From Microlunatus sp. (lineage in GTDB: Bacteria > Actinomycetota > Actinomycetes > Propionibacteriales > Propionibacteriaceae), in NCBI GenBank assembly GCA_030452945.1, contig JAKDLH010000001.1, forward strand, positions 1-62,259: DNA of 62,259 nucleotides, given 5' to 3'. Under the pieces are notes generated by a model that was not told where the DNA came from, made no database searches, and worked only from the letters and a program-made list of their open reading frames with translations. The first letter of the stretch is position 1. Every line of letters starts with the position of its first letter. Shown here one piece after another: positions 36,897 to 46,316 of the stretch. The translations under genes and the position numbers were made by a program.

Positions 36897-38336
36897 GTGG
36901 CCGGCGGTGACCTCGGCTCCGACGACACCGGTGGCAAGCCCGTCGCTGAGCCGACCGGCAACCCGGCCGACGCCGATCGAGAAGGGCGCCAGTGGCAGTG
37001 GGTGGCCGTGATCGCGGTACCGCTGGCCCTGATCCTGATCGAGCTCTCTCGGCGGGTTGGTCGAGGCCTACTGGACCAGGGTCTGCCGATGGTGCTTCCC
37101 TGGCCGCCGCTGCTGGCGCGTTGGGATCCGCACACCGGCTGGGGTACGCCGCTGGCCGTCATCTGCGTGCTCGTAGGGCTGCTGCTGCAACGCCGGGCCG
37201 CGGTGCTGCCGTGGCGGCGGCTGCTGTTCGCCGGCTGGTTGTTGTCGTTGGCCTGGATGATGTCGCTGACCCTGATCGACGGATTCCCGGCCGGCTGGGA
37301 CGCCCTGCGCACGCCGAACGAGTACCTGCACGACCTCCCCCGGATCGGTGACCCACTCGTCTTCCTACGGACTTTCACCGACTACATCGCCTTCAGCCCG
37401 ACCGTCGACGGCGACACCGTCTGGACCACGCACGTCGCCGCCCACCCGCCGCTGGCCACGCTGGTGTTCTGGGTTTTGGACCAGGTCGGGCTCGGCGGGT
37501 GGTTCTGGGCGGGGGTCCTTTGCGTCTTGGCGTCGTCGTTGGTCGCGGTCGGGCTGCCGATCACCTTGCGCGAGTTGGACGCGCCGGACGCAGCACGACG
37601 GATGGTGCCGTTCGCCGCGCTGTTGCCGGGCGCGGTGTGGATGGCGGTCTCAGCCGACGGGCTCTTCGCCGGGGTGGCCGTGGGGGGTCTGGCCATGGCC
37701 TGCCGGGGTGCCCGGCGGCACCGGGTCGGGTCGAGTCTGGCCGGCGGTTTGCTGCTCGGAGCAGCCCTCTACCTGAACTACGGCCTCGTCCTGTTCGGGC
37801 TGACCGTGCTGGTCACGGTGGCCCTGACCGCTCGTCGAGCCGGTCTCCGCTCGGTCCTGCTGCCCTGGGTGGTCTGTGTGGTCGGGGTTCTGCTGGTGAC
37901 TGGTGCGCTCTTCGCCCTCGGCTTCAACTGGTTCACCGGTTTGGCTCAGCTGCGTATTCGCTACTACCAGCAGACGGCCGCCGACCGGCCGTTCTCCTAC
38001 TTCGTCTGGGCCAATCTGGCCGCCTGGCTGATTGCCTGGACGCCGCTGCTGGCCTACGCCGTCGTCCGCGCGGTGGGCGTCCTGGTCGCCGACCGCAAGG
38101 CCGCCGGATCGCAGAACCGGGTGGTGGCCCTGGTCGCGCTGTCCGGTGTGTCCGCAGCCCTGGTCGCCGATCTTTCCGCGATGTCCAAGGCCGAGACCGA
38201 ACGCATCTGGCTGACCTTCGGGGCGGTCGCGTACGCGGGGCTGGCTTTGCTCCGCGGCCGCGGAGCCGCACTGGGGTTGGTGCTCTGTGCTGGCTGGGCG
38301 ATCATGGTCAACTCCTTGCTCGGTATCGGCTGGTAG
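36897..38336 (+). CDS. Polytopic membrane protein, possible GT-C-fold glycosyltransferase
   Basis: About 12 TMs; HPPL, AVSADG, SKAETERIW; divergent from the GT2 operon. Confidence 0.7.
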   Translation: MAGGDLGSDDTGGKPVAEPTGNPADADREGRQWQWVAVIAVPLALILIELSRRVGRGLLDQGLPMVLPWPPLLARWDPHTGWGTPLAVICVLVGLLLQRRAAVLPWRRLLFAGWLLSLAWMMSLTLIDGFPAGWDALRTPNEYLHDLPRIGDPLVFLRTFTDYIAFSPTVDGDTVWTTHVAAHPPLATLVFWVLDQVGLGGWFWAGVLCVLASSLVAVGLPITLRELDAPDAARRMVPFAALLPGAVWMAVSADGLFAGVAVGGLAMACRGARRHRVGSSLAGGLLLGAALYLNYGLVLFGLTVLVTVALTARRAGLRSVLLPWVVCVVGVLLVTGALFALGFNWFTGLAQLRIRYYQQTAADRPFSYFVWANLAAWLIAWTPLLAYAVVRAVGVLVADRKAAGSQNRVVALVALSGVSAALVADLSAMSKAETERIWLTFGAVAYAGLALLRGRGAALGLVLCAGWAIMVNSLLGIGW

Positions 38337-38366
38337 CCGACTCATCCGGCCGGTGGAGTGGTCAGC

Positions 38367-39050
38367 TCAGGTGCGCGAGAGCACATCGGCACTGACGAGG
38401 ATGACGAATACGTGCTCGTCGGTGAGCACGTTCAAGTACCCCGAGTCCACGCTGAGCACGTACCCGCTCAACCTGCCGTCGGTGGTCTCGATCTGTTCGC
38501 GGGGCACCCAGGGCGTCTGCACCAGGGCCGCGACGACGAGAACGCCGACCCCTACCAGCCAACCGACCCTGGCCAGGGCCGCGGTCGAGGCGCGGCGCAG
38601 GGGGCGCTGCAGCGGTAGTCGGCGGATCAGCGCGAACGTCGCAAAGACGCCGGCGGTCGCGAGCGGCACCCACCAGCTGCCGAAGCTGACGGTCAGCGCG
38701 ATCAGGGTGACCACACCCAGCGTGGTGAACAGCATCACCACCGGCCGATGATCCCGCGGACCCCACAGATAGGCGGCGATCAGCAGCGGCAGTACGCAGA
38801 TCAGCAGGAGCGCGGTCAAGACGTGCCCGGCCATGAGGGATCCGAACAGCAGGAGCACGCCGTCGTCCAAGCCGAGCGTCGTGCTCACCAGGAACGCCGT
38901 GTCCCAGTCGTATCCGGACACGGCAAAGATCCGCAGGATCAAGAAGGCGAAGGCGAACGCGGCCGCACTTGCGGCGCCACTGCCACGGAGCAGATTCTTG
39001 TCGGGTTCCGGTGGATCGGTGGTCGTCGTCGTGGCGTCGGCGGCGGGCAT
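38367..39050 (-). CDS. Hypothetical membrane protein
   Basis: 227-aa ORF with several TM segments. Confidence 0.65.
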   Translation of the reverse strand: MPAADATTTTTDPPEPDKNLLRGSGAASAAAFAFAFLILRIFAVSGYDWDTAFLVSTTLGLDDGVLLLFGSLMAGHVLTALLLICVLPLLIAAYLWGPRDHRPVVMLFTTLGVVTLIALTVSFGSWWVPLATAGVFATFALIRRLPLQRPLRRASTAALARVGWLVGVGVLVVAALVQTPWVPREQIETTDGRLSGYVLSVDSGYLNVLTDEHVFVILVSADVLSRT

Positions 39051-39059
39051 GAGAGGAAA

Positions 39060-39505
39060 CTACTGCCGTGCTCGGGTCGGTCGAGAGCGCCGTGCGACGA
39101 CCGCGTAGAGCGGATCACCCGGGTAGCGCGCCGGGTCCGGCGTCCGGCGGCTGACCTGTGGTTCGTCGAAGCCCTGAGCCTGGCGAAGATAGTCCGCCAC
39201 GATCATGGTGTGGGCCCAGTCGTCGGTGGCTCGCCAACCGTGGATGGTCTTGGTGGGAAAACAGCGGTTGGAGAAGGTGATGATCGCTGGTGCCCCGGGC
39301 CGCAGGACCCGGGCGGTCTCGGCGAGTACCTCGACCGGCCGCACCAAGTAGTCGATCGATACGCAGCACAGCGCTGCGTCGAAGGAGGCATCGGAGAAGG
39401 GCAGCGTGGGATCGGCGTTGAGATCACGGACATTCGCTTGGTGGCCATCGGGTTCGCGCCGAGCTCAGCGTCGGAGCCCGAGTCGTCCCGATCGAAGAAC
39501 CCGTC
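39060..39505 (-). pseudogene. SAM-dependent methyltransferase remnant (frameshift plus probable internal deletion)
   Basis: GFFDRDDSGSD joined to AELGANPM, then a frameshift to VRDLNADPTLPF...VSIDYL...TFSNRCFPTK. Confidence 0.7.
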
Positions 39506-39862
39506 GGTTGGTGCGCGGTCGAGCCGCGTACCGCCTATCCCAGCCTGCTGCGCAGCAGCCGCGTTCCCTGGGAGGGGCGCACCGAAGACAAGTCGGACGA
39601 CAGCGTCTGGTCGGTGACGTGCTTGTTCACCCGGGCGGGCTTCCGCAAACGCGGGGTCAGCCGCGCGCTCGCTCACGCCGCGGTCGGTTTCGCTCGCGAG
39701 CACGACGCCCGCGCGATCGAGGCGTACCCCACGACCACCACGAAGGTGATCACCGAGGAGCTTCACGTCGGCATCGCGGCCGTGTTCGCTGACGCCGGAT
39801 TCACCGAGGCCAAGCGTCCGACACCGCGCCGCGTGATCATGCGGATCGACTTCTGCTCGTGA
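39495..39862 (+). pseudogene. 5'-truncated GNAT acetyltransferase
   Basis: PVGWCAVEPR...VWSVTCLF...RKRGVSRAL...IEAYP; N-terminus missing. Confidence 0.7.
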
Positions 39863-40101
39863 ACTGGATTCCGTAGGCGATCTGCTCGTCGATGTAGTGG
39901 AGCATGACCCGCGTGTACGGGGAAGAGAGCGAGGCGCAGTTCTGGCGCGGCGCCACCGCCCTCGACCCCGGCGATGATCCTGCCCTTGCCGCACTCCGGG
40001 ACGAGACCACGGAGTTCCTTCCGCTCGCCGATGCGCTCAAGCGCCTCCTCGTGGTCGCACGCGCTCCTCAGTAGCGGCCCACGGACCCGCAGGTTGTCAG
40101 G

Positions 40102-41409
40102 TCACGGTGGTTGGGGTGGTCGGCTGGAGTATTGGTGTCCGGTGGGGGTGGTGGTGATCACGGTGTGGGTGTCGGGGTCGACCAGGTGGACCGACCAGCC
40201 GGGCATCTCACGGACATAGTTGCCGCGTTCACAGACTCCGCGGCCGTTGTGCAGGGTGGTGGGGCCGCCGTCGGTGTGCCGGTCGATGTGATCAACATGT
40301 CGCACCGGTGCGTCGCAGTAGGGGTCGCGGCAGTGTAGGTCCCGCAACCGGATCAGCTCGCCCAGCCAGCCGGTGAACCGACGCCGGCGCTGATCCAGAT
40401 CTACCACGATCTGCCCGCCGGCCCGGGTGGGTCGGGTGAACAGCCGCCGCCACCACGACCGGGCCTGCCCGTTGGCGATGATCTCCCGGGCCAGCCCGGC
40501 CGGGATCGGGCCGAGGTCGGCGACCTCGGCCGGGCTCGGATCGTCGGGGTCCAGCAGGGCTCCGACCGGGATGACGATCGCCACCTCGGTCGCAATGTCG
40601 TCGGCCGTGGTCTGGCCGGTGATTCGCTCCACCAAGGTGTCGGCCATCAACTGACCCCAGCTGCGCTGGTCCCCAGCCGCTTGGCCCTGGGTGGCGGCGG
40701 CTTGAAGGGCGGCCAGGCACGCCACCCCTTGCTCCACCGGCAGCAGACCGGACAGCAGGCTCATAGTGTCCGGGGCGGGCCGCAGGGTGACCCGCCGATC
40801 GGTGCGGGCCTTCCGGCAGCGCCGCATCGCCGCCTCCGGATCGGCCTCATAGGCGAGTCTCTTGGCTGCGGTCTCGGCTTGCTTGGGGCTCATCGAGGCC
40901 GGATTCTGTCCGGCCAGGTCGGCATCGACCTGTTGCCGGGTGGCCGGGTCCAGGTGGGAGGTCTGCTGGGTGATCAGCCGGGCGGTCCAGCCGCTGATCT
41001 CACCCGCCGCGAGCAGCCGCAACATACGGGGCATGCTCAGGCACAGGTCGCGGGCGGTGTGCAGCCGCCGTGACCCCTCCGACGGCGACACCCGCCCGGC
41101 CAACGCGACCTGATCGGCGACCCCGCGCCCGATCTTGCTCGGGTGGACACCCTCGGCCATCTGGGTCTCGGCCTGGGATTTGGCGAACCGAACGATCTGG
41201 GTGGCCTTGACTGCCTCGATCGCGGCCTGCAGCTTTTCGGCTAGCGCGATCCGGTCGATCCGGGCCGCATCCTCGACCACGTCACCGTGACCAGTGGGCT
41301 CCCCGGGCACAGCGAGAGATCCTAGCCACACCAGCGTCTCCTGCAACCGCAACGTCACCGGATCCCGGACCGCCGCCTCGGCCGACTCGACTATCGGTGC
41401 TGCTGACAT
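40102..41409 (-). CDS. DUF222 + HNH endonuclease (13E12-repeat-like) protein
   Basis: RPAPDTM, ADTLVE, RDLHCRDPYC...HVDH...GGPTTLHNGRGVCERGN, TPTGH. Confidence 0.9.
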   Translation of the reverse strand: MSAAPIVESAEAAVRDPVTLRLQETLVWLGSLAVPGEPTGHGDVVEDAARIDRIALAEKLQAAIEAVKATQIVRFAKSQAETQMAEGVHPSKIGRGVADQVALAGRVSPSEGSRRLHTARDLCLSMPRMLRLLAAGEISGWTARLITQQTSHLDPATRQQVDADLAGQNPASMSPKQAETAAKRLAYEADPEAAMRRCRKARTDRRVTLRPAPDTMSLLSGLLPVEQGVACLAALQAAATQGQAAGDQRSWGQLMADTLVERITGQTTADDIATEVAIVIPVGALLDPDDPSPAEVADLGPIPAGLAREIIANGQARSWWRRLFTRPTRAGGQIVVDLDQRRRRFTGWLGELIRLRDLHCRDPYCDAPVRHVDHIDRHTDGGPTTLHNGRGVCERGNYVREMPGWSVHLVDPDTHTVITTTPTGHQYSSRPPQPP

Positions 41410-41544
41410 ACCCCTGACGCTAGAACACGGCACTGACAGTTTCGCTCACACGTTCGATACTCACGCACAAACCCACGCGCGTGATCGCGCAAGGTGGTTC
41501 GAGTGGTTCGAGCACCGTTGCTGGCTCTGATCGCGGCTCGCCGG

Positions 41545-41697
41545 AACGTGGTCGAAGCCTTCAACCGGGCCAACGCGGTCATCTACTACGGAAAAGGCGC
41601 CGAGATCGCCTCCAACCGTGCCGACGAGCAGGAGAGGAGCGTTGCGTGCCTGCGGATCCTGCAAGCTGCCCTGGTTTACGTCAACATCCTGCTCCTG
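41545..41697 (+). mobile_element. Tn3-family transposase C-terminal remnant
   Basis: NVVEAFNRANAVIYYGKGAEIASNRADEQERSVACLRILQAALVYVN. Confidence 0.75.
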
Positions 41698-41721
41698 GGC
41701 GAGGAGACCGGTCTTACTGGG

Positions 41722-42471
41722 TCAGGCGTCTGGCAGCCGGGCGAAACTGTCCAGGACGACGGCCAGTTCGGCTTCGAACGCCGTTTCGTCGTTTGGGTCA
41801 GGCGTCCTGACCAACATCTCGATCGTCGGCAGCCGCCCGGTCGCCAACTGTCTGCTCAGGTAGGGGCCGAGGGCTGCCTGCCAGTCGGACGTGTCGAGGC
41901 CGCTGGACTCGCTCGCACGAAGCTCGCCGATCTCCCGGCGCAAGGCACCGAGCAGGTATGAGTTGAGCACACCCACCGCGACCCTCAAAGCTCGAGGATC
42001 GTTGCGGCCGGGCGCGCGAGCCAGCGCCGCCGCGGTTGCTTCGCCCACGTCCAGCGCATGCGGTCCCAGGTGTGGTCGACCGCCCAGCAGGTCGATCGCC
42101 CACCGATGCCGACGGACCGTGTCCCGGGTGGCATGCGCGAGCGTGCGCACCTGGGATCGCCAGGCCGGCTCCGATGCAGCAACCGCCCAACTGGATTCAC
42201 CGATGCCGGCCTGGTGGCCTATTTCAGCGTGGACGGCGTCGATCATCAACTCGAGCAAGTCGTCCTTGCCTGAGACGTGGCTGTAGAGGCGCATCGGCCG
42301 TACGCCGAGCGCAGCCGCGACGTTGCGGATCGACACCGCCGCCAGCCCATTGGCGTCGCCCAACCGGACGGCGACCGCCACGACTTGGGTTCGGGTCAGG
42401 GGCGTGGAGGCGCGGCGCTCATCGGGTTCGGGGCGCTCCCAGATGAGCCCGGGCGACTGGTCGACATTCAT
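41722..42471 (-). CDS. TetR-family regulator (TetR_C type)
   Basis: GLAAVSIRNVAAALGVRPMRLYSHVSGKDDLLELMID. Confidence 0.92.
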   Translation of the reverse strand: MNVDQSPGLIWERPEPDERRASTPLTRTQVVAVAVRLGDANGLAAVSIRNVAAALGVRPMRLYSHVSGKDDLLELMIDAVHAEIGHQAGIGESSWAVAASEPAWRSQVRTLAHATRDTVRRHRWAIDLLGGRPHLGPHALDVGEATAAALARAPGRNDPRALRVAVGVLNSYLLGALRREIGELRASESSGLDTSDWQAALGPYLSRQLATGRLPTIEMLVRTPDPNDETAFEAELAVVLDSFARLPDA

Positions 42472-42488
42472 GCGATACAGTGTATCGC
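42472..42488. promoter_or_regulatory. Perfect palindrome, probable TetR operator
   Basis: GCGATACA-G-TGTATCGC in the 32-bp divergent intergenic region. Confidence 0.75.
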
Positions 42489-42503
42489 CTAGGAGGTGGA
42501 ACC

Positions 42504-43625
42504 ATGCGGATCGCCATCGTGGGGGCTGGCCTCGCAGGTCTCTCGCTCGCTCGGATCCTGCATGTCCACGGCATCGGGGCCTGCGTCTATGAGCGGGATC
42601 CGTCCCCCCACGCCCGTTCCCAGGGCGGCACCCTTGACCTGCACCCCGAGTCCGGGCAGTACGCTCTCGTAGCGGCCGGCCTCGCCGAGCAGTTCTACGC
42701 CCTCGCCCGCTCTGAGGGTGAGGAACATAAGATCTTCAGTCCCTCCGGGGACCTGCTCGTGCACCGCGTCCCCGACGCGACGGGCCGACGCCCGGAGATC
42801 GACCGCACAGACCTGCGTGACCTGCTCATTGGATCCCTGCCCGCCGCTGCGATCCACTGGGGCGCCCAGGTCGTCGCCGTGGAGGACGGAGCCGCCGGCG
42901 GGTGGCAGCTGAGTCTGGCCGACGGCACGAGGAGTGAGTGCGACCTATTGGTCGGCGCTGACGGCGGCAGCTCGCTGTTGCGTGCGCGGCTCACCGACGT
43001 CGCGCCGTCCTACCTCAGCTCCTACGCCCAGATGAGCATCCCAGACGTGGATCGGACCCACCCTGAGCTGGCCCGCCTCGTCGGCCACGGAAGCCTCTGG
43101 GCGCTGGGTCACAACCAGAACCTCACGGCACAGCGCGAGAGCAGCGGCCTGGTGCGCGTTTCTGCGATGGTACGCAGCACCGGTCCGTGGCGCCCGGCGG
43201 GCCGAAGCGAGGTGCTCCAGCGGTACGCGGACTGGTCCCCCAGCCTCACCGCCCTCGTCCAAGCCGCGGACGACCCGGCGGTGGCCCGCGAGATCCGGGT
43301 AACCCCGCCAGGCATGGGCTGGTCTTCGCATCCCTCGCTCACTCTGGTCGGTGACGCGGCACATCTAATGCCCCCGGTCGGCGAGGGTGCCAACCAGGCC
43401 CTGCGCGACGCGGCCGACCTCGCGGCCGAGGTGATCGCGAACCCGGACGACCCGGCAGGCGCCATCGCCCGCTACGAGACGCAGATGCGGGCCCGGATCG
43501 GTCCGATCGAGCGGGACAGCGCCAAGATGGAGAAGCTAATCTTGTCCGCGACCGCATTAGTCGACATGGTCCGCTTCTTCACCCGGCCGGCGATTCGTGA
43601 GCCCTCTGGGGCGGCGACGAGCTGA
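42504..43625 (+). CDS. FAD-dependent monooxygenase (TetX-like, class A)
   Basis: GAGLAG, QGGTLDLH..SGQ, RPEIDR, GADG, GDAAHLMPP.GEGAN. Confidence 0.88.
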   Translation: MRIAIVGAGLAGLSLARILHVHGIGACVYERDPSPHARSQGGTLDLHPESGQYALVAAGLAEQFYALARSEGEEHKIFSPSGDLLVHRVPDATGRRPEIDRTDLRDLLIGSLPAAAIHWGAQVVAVEDGAAGGWQLSLADGTRSECDLLVGADGGSSLLRARLTDVAPSYLSSYAQMSIPDVDRTHPELARLVGHGSLWALGHNQNLTAQRESSGLVRVSAMVRSTGPWRPAGRSEVLQRYADWSPSLTALVQAADDPAVAREIRVTPPGMGWSSHPSLTLVGDAAHLMPPVGEGANQALRDAADLAAEVIANPDDPAGAIARYETQMRARIGPIERDSAKMEKLILSATALVDMVRFFTRPAIREPSGAATS

Positions 43626-43840
43626 TAGCAGAACCGTTCCCGGGTTTCTTGTCGTAGGACCAGGTGACGTTTGTCCAGACGGTGTGACTGGTTTGGGCGA
43701 TGATGTCGACGGTGTGCCTGACGTCGGTAACCCCTTCGTACTGGCCGAACGACGACGCGAAGAACTGTTCGGCCTAAGCCGGGTCGGTTACAGCGATCGA
43801 GGACTTCGGGAAGTGGATGTGGCCGGGCACGGCATACATG
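43615..43840 (-). pseudogene. NTF2-like small protein remnant with in-frame stop
   Basis: MYAVPGHIHFPKSSIAVTDPA*AEQFFASSFGQYEG...VWTNVTWSY, then a frameshift to RFCYQL. Confidence 0.5.
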
Positions 43841-43918
43841 GAGTGGGACCCTAGACCGCTGATACGCCGCTAGAGAACTTGTTACCTGCGTATCGGTTTC
43901 CTTGTTCTACTGCGGGGT

Positions 43919-44135
43919 GTGGACCTTCTTGTTCTTGGCGGCACGGCGTGGCTCCTCACCTGCGCCGAACAGGGCCCGGCCGGGACGTACAACGCTGCTG
44001 GAGAGCCCTGTCCGCTAGCAGATCATTTGGCCGTCGCTCGTGCTGTGGGCGGCCACTGCGGCCCGGTGATGGCCGCCCCGCCGGGCTGGCTCATCGAGCA
44101 CCGGGTGCAGATGTGGATGGGCTCCAGGACCCCAC
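43919..44135 (+). pseudogene. NAD-dependent epimerase/reductase remnant with internal deletion
   Basis: Rossmann start LLVLGGTAWL is joined directly to C-terminal-type GTYNAAG...VQMWMG. Confidence 0.55.
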
Positions 44136-44149
44136 GGAGCCGGCCTCAC

Positions 44150-44290
44150 CGACGAGGAGGAACAACAACTGCTCCACGAGGTGAACATCCGTCGCTTGGT
44201 CCGCCAGGAGGGGCGACCGCCGTAAGACTCTTGCTCGTAGGCGCCCAGCAAGTTCAGGGCAATCCGGCGTACGTCGTCCTCGTTCATCAT
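44150..44290 (-). pseudogene. MmcQ/YjbR-family remnant
   Basis: EDDVRRIALNL...ESYGGRPSWRTKRRMF, then the frame breaks. Confidence 0.5.
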
Positions 44291-44631
44291 TGGCTGATCG
44301 CATTCGTTCTGGCGACGGCGGTGGTGCCAGCAAGCCACCCCACGTCAGCGCGTGACCCAGCGTCATCCATCCCGGAGGAGAGGACTCCACGGCGGATCAC
44401 GGGGGCGGCCGGGTTCCCAACGGCGAACAGTCCGGAGACCAGACCGCCGTTTCAGTCGAGCATCTGTCCCTCCGGGTCGATGCGCGCCGCCCTTGGTCCC
44501 GACCAGCCCCGCCATCACCGACTCGCCTCTGGCGGGCTGAAGGGAAAGTAACCGTCAAACCGGGCCAGGCGCAGGTGCGCTGCCAGCGCGTCGGCCGGGT
44601 CCGGCAACCGGCGGTTGTCTAACCTGCAGGA

Positions 44632-45033
44632 GTGGACCGTCTCGGGTACGTCATCCTCTACGTCCGCGACCTTTCGCACTCGATCGCGTTCTACCGGGAC
44701 GTCGTCGGCCTTCCGTTCAAGTTCCAGGACGCCGGATACGCGGAGTTCGCGACCCACCAGACGCGGTTCGCGCTCTTCGAAGCCCGCCGCGCCGCGTGGC
44801 TGACCGGCCAAGGCGTGACGCCCGGACCAGCGGCCGAGGTCGTATTCCTGGTGCCTGACGTGGACGCCGAAGCGCGCCGGCTATCGGCCCTCGGTGTGCC
44901 CATCCTGAGCGGGCCTGCCGACCGGCCATGGGGTCACCGCACCGTGCATGTCGGGGACCCTGACGGCTTCGTCGTCGAGTTCGCTCAGGAGATTCCACGA
45001 CGGCGCTCACGCCGATCCGACCACGCTCCGTGA
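44632..45033 (+). CDS. VOC/glyoxalase family protein
   Basis: VILYVRDL..SIAFYRDVVG, DRPWG, DPDG..VE. Confidence 0.88.
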   Translation: MDRLGYVILYVRDLSHSIAFYRDVVGLPFKFQDAGYAEFATHQTRFALFEARRAAWLTGQGVTPGPAAEVVFLVPDVDAEARRLSALGVPILSGPADRPWGHRTVHVGDPDGFVVEFAQEIPRRRSRRSDHAP

Positions 45034-45149
45034 GCCGCGCCCGGGTTCACCCCGTGGGGTATCCGCAGGCGGGTCCTGCTCAAGGTGGGCTGCTCAGCAC
45101 CCGAAGTTCTGCCGGCTGGACCAGCTGGACTCGCCCGTCGCGGTCGAAC

Positions 45150-45353
45150 AGGAGGCAGGTCCAGCCCGCACGGTGTTGGAGGGCGGACGTCCTCGAACCT
45201 GGGTCACTGGCCGACGCACTGAGGGAGGCCGACATCGTGATATCGACCATCGGACCCGACGACGGTCGCGCACCGGCCCACATCTACTCCGAGGGCATGC
45301 GGGAGATCGTGGCGCAGATGAGACGAAGCCGGTCGCATGGGTGGTCGGAATGA
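45150..45353 (+). pseudogene. NAD(P)H-binding (flavin reductase-like) remnant
   Basis: ADVLEPGSLADALREADIVISTIG...IYSEGMREIVAQM; no intact N-terminal GxxG motif. Confidence 0.5.
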
Positions 45354-45381
45354 GCAATGATGCGGCGGCCGGCCAGAGTGG

Positions 45382-46200
45382 TCAGGTCAGGTGGTCGTAG
45401 TCGCCGCGAACCCAGGCCGCGTACCGGTCGGCGGAAAAGCGGACGACGGCTCGGGCGTCGGTGTCGATGACCGCGCCGAAGTTGTTGTAGAGCCGGTCGA
45501 ACGGAAGCCGATCGGTGGCGTCGGCCAGACGCCGCACGACCGCGCCGGACAAGGGGATCTTGTTCGGGTAGCTGCGCATGAACGATGCGGTCCCGTCCGG
45601 GTTGGCGGAGATCGTGTCCCCGGCCAGCAGCACCCCCTGGCCATCGGCGCCCGCAGACCACAGCGCGACCGAGCTGCCCGGGAAGTGGCCACCCAGTTCG
45701 TACAGTGCGATCGCTGACGTCAACTGTCGTTTGCCGGACCACAGCTCGATCGCGTCCCCGCGTCGCTGCAGCCACCCGGCGTCCTTCTCGTTCACCAGCA
45801 CGGGTGCCCCCAGGATCTCAGCCCAGGCGAGTTGGACGCCGAACATGTGCGGGTGGCTGGCGGCGATCGCGACCACCGGGCCGAGTCGTCGAATGTGGTC
45901 GACAGCCTCGTTGGTGATCAAACCCGGCGGATCCCAGACCAGACAGCCCTGCTCGCCGCGGACGACCATGGTCTGCTGGCCGATCCCGATGCTCGGTTTG
46001 GTGATCAGCCCGATCAAGTTCGGCTCCACCTCGAACCACTCCAAGGTGTGGCCGTCCGCGATCAGCTGCTCGACGGTCGTCCAGCGCTGTCCGCCCTTCG
46101 GTAGGTACTGACGCTCGTCGGCGCAGATTGGGCAGATCTGGTCGGCCGAGTGGGCTCCGTCGGTCTCGACCGCGCACGTCGCGCACAGGTGGGTGGTCAT
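45382..46200 (-). CDS. Metallo-beta-lactamase-fold hydrolase
   Basis: CATC...CPICADERQY, SHPHMFG, GGHFPGS, SYPN. Confidence 0.85.
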   Translation of the reverse strand: MTTHLCATCAVETDGAHSADQICPICADERQYLPKGGQRWTTVEQLIADGHTLEWFEVEPNLIGLITKPSIGIGQQTMVVRGEQGCLVWDPPGLITNEAVDHIRRLGPVVAIAASHPHMFGVQLAWAEILGAPVLVNEKDAGWLQRRGDAIELWSGKRQLTSAIALYELGGHFPGSSVALWSAGADGQGVLLAGDTISANPDGTASFMRSYPNKIPLSGAVVRRLADATDRLPFDRLYNNFGAVIDTDARAVVRFSADRYAAWVRGDYDHLT

Positions 46201-46316
46201 GAATCCTCATCGTGCCAGGCGGCCACGACGATGGCCCCGTCGGTCCGTCGTGACATCTGCGCACCTCACCCCGCTCGGCGCGTCACGGGCCCGGAGAGCG
46301 TTGAGACCCGGGTTTG

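Noticed and set aside
39864-40100. Possible DinB-like gene fragment (…YTRVMLHYIDEQI…)
   Set aside because: Too short and degraded to assign without a search.
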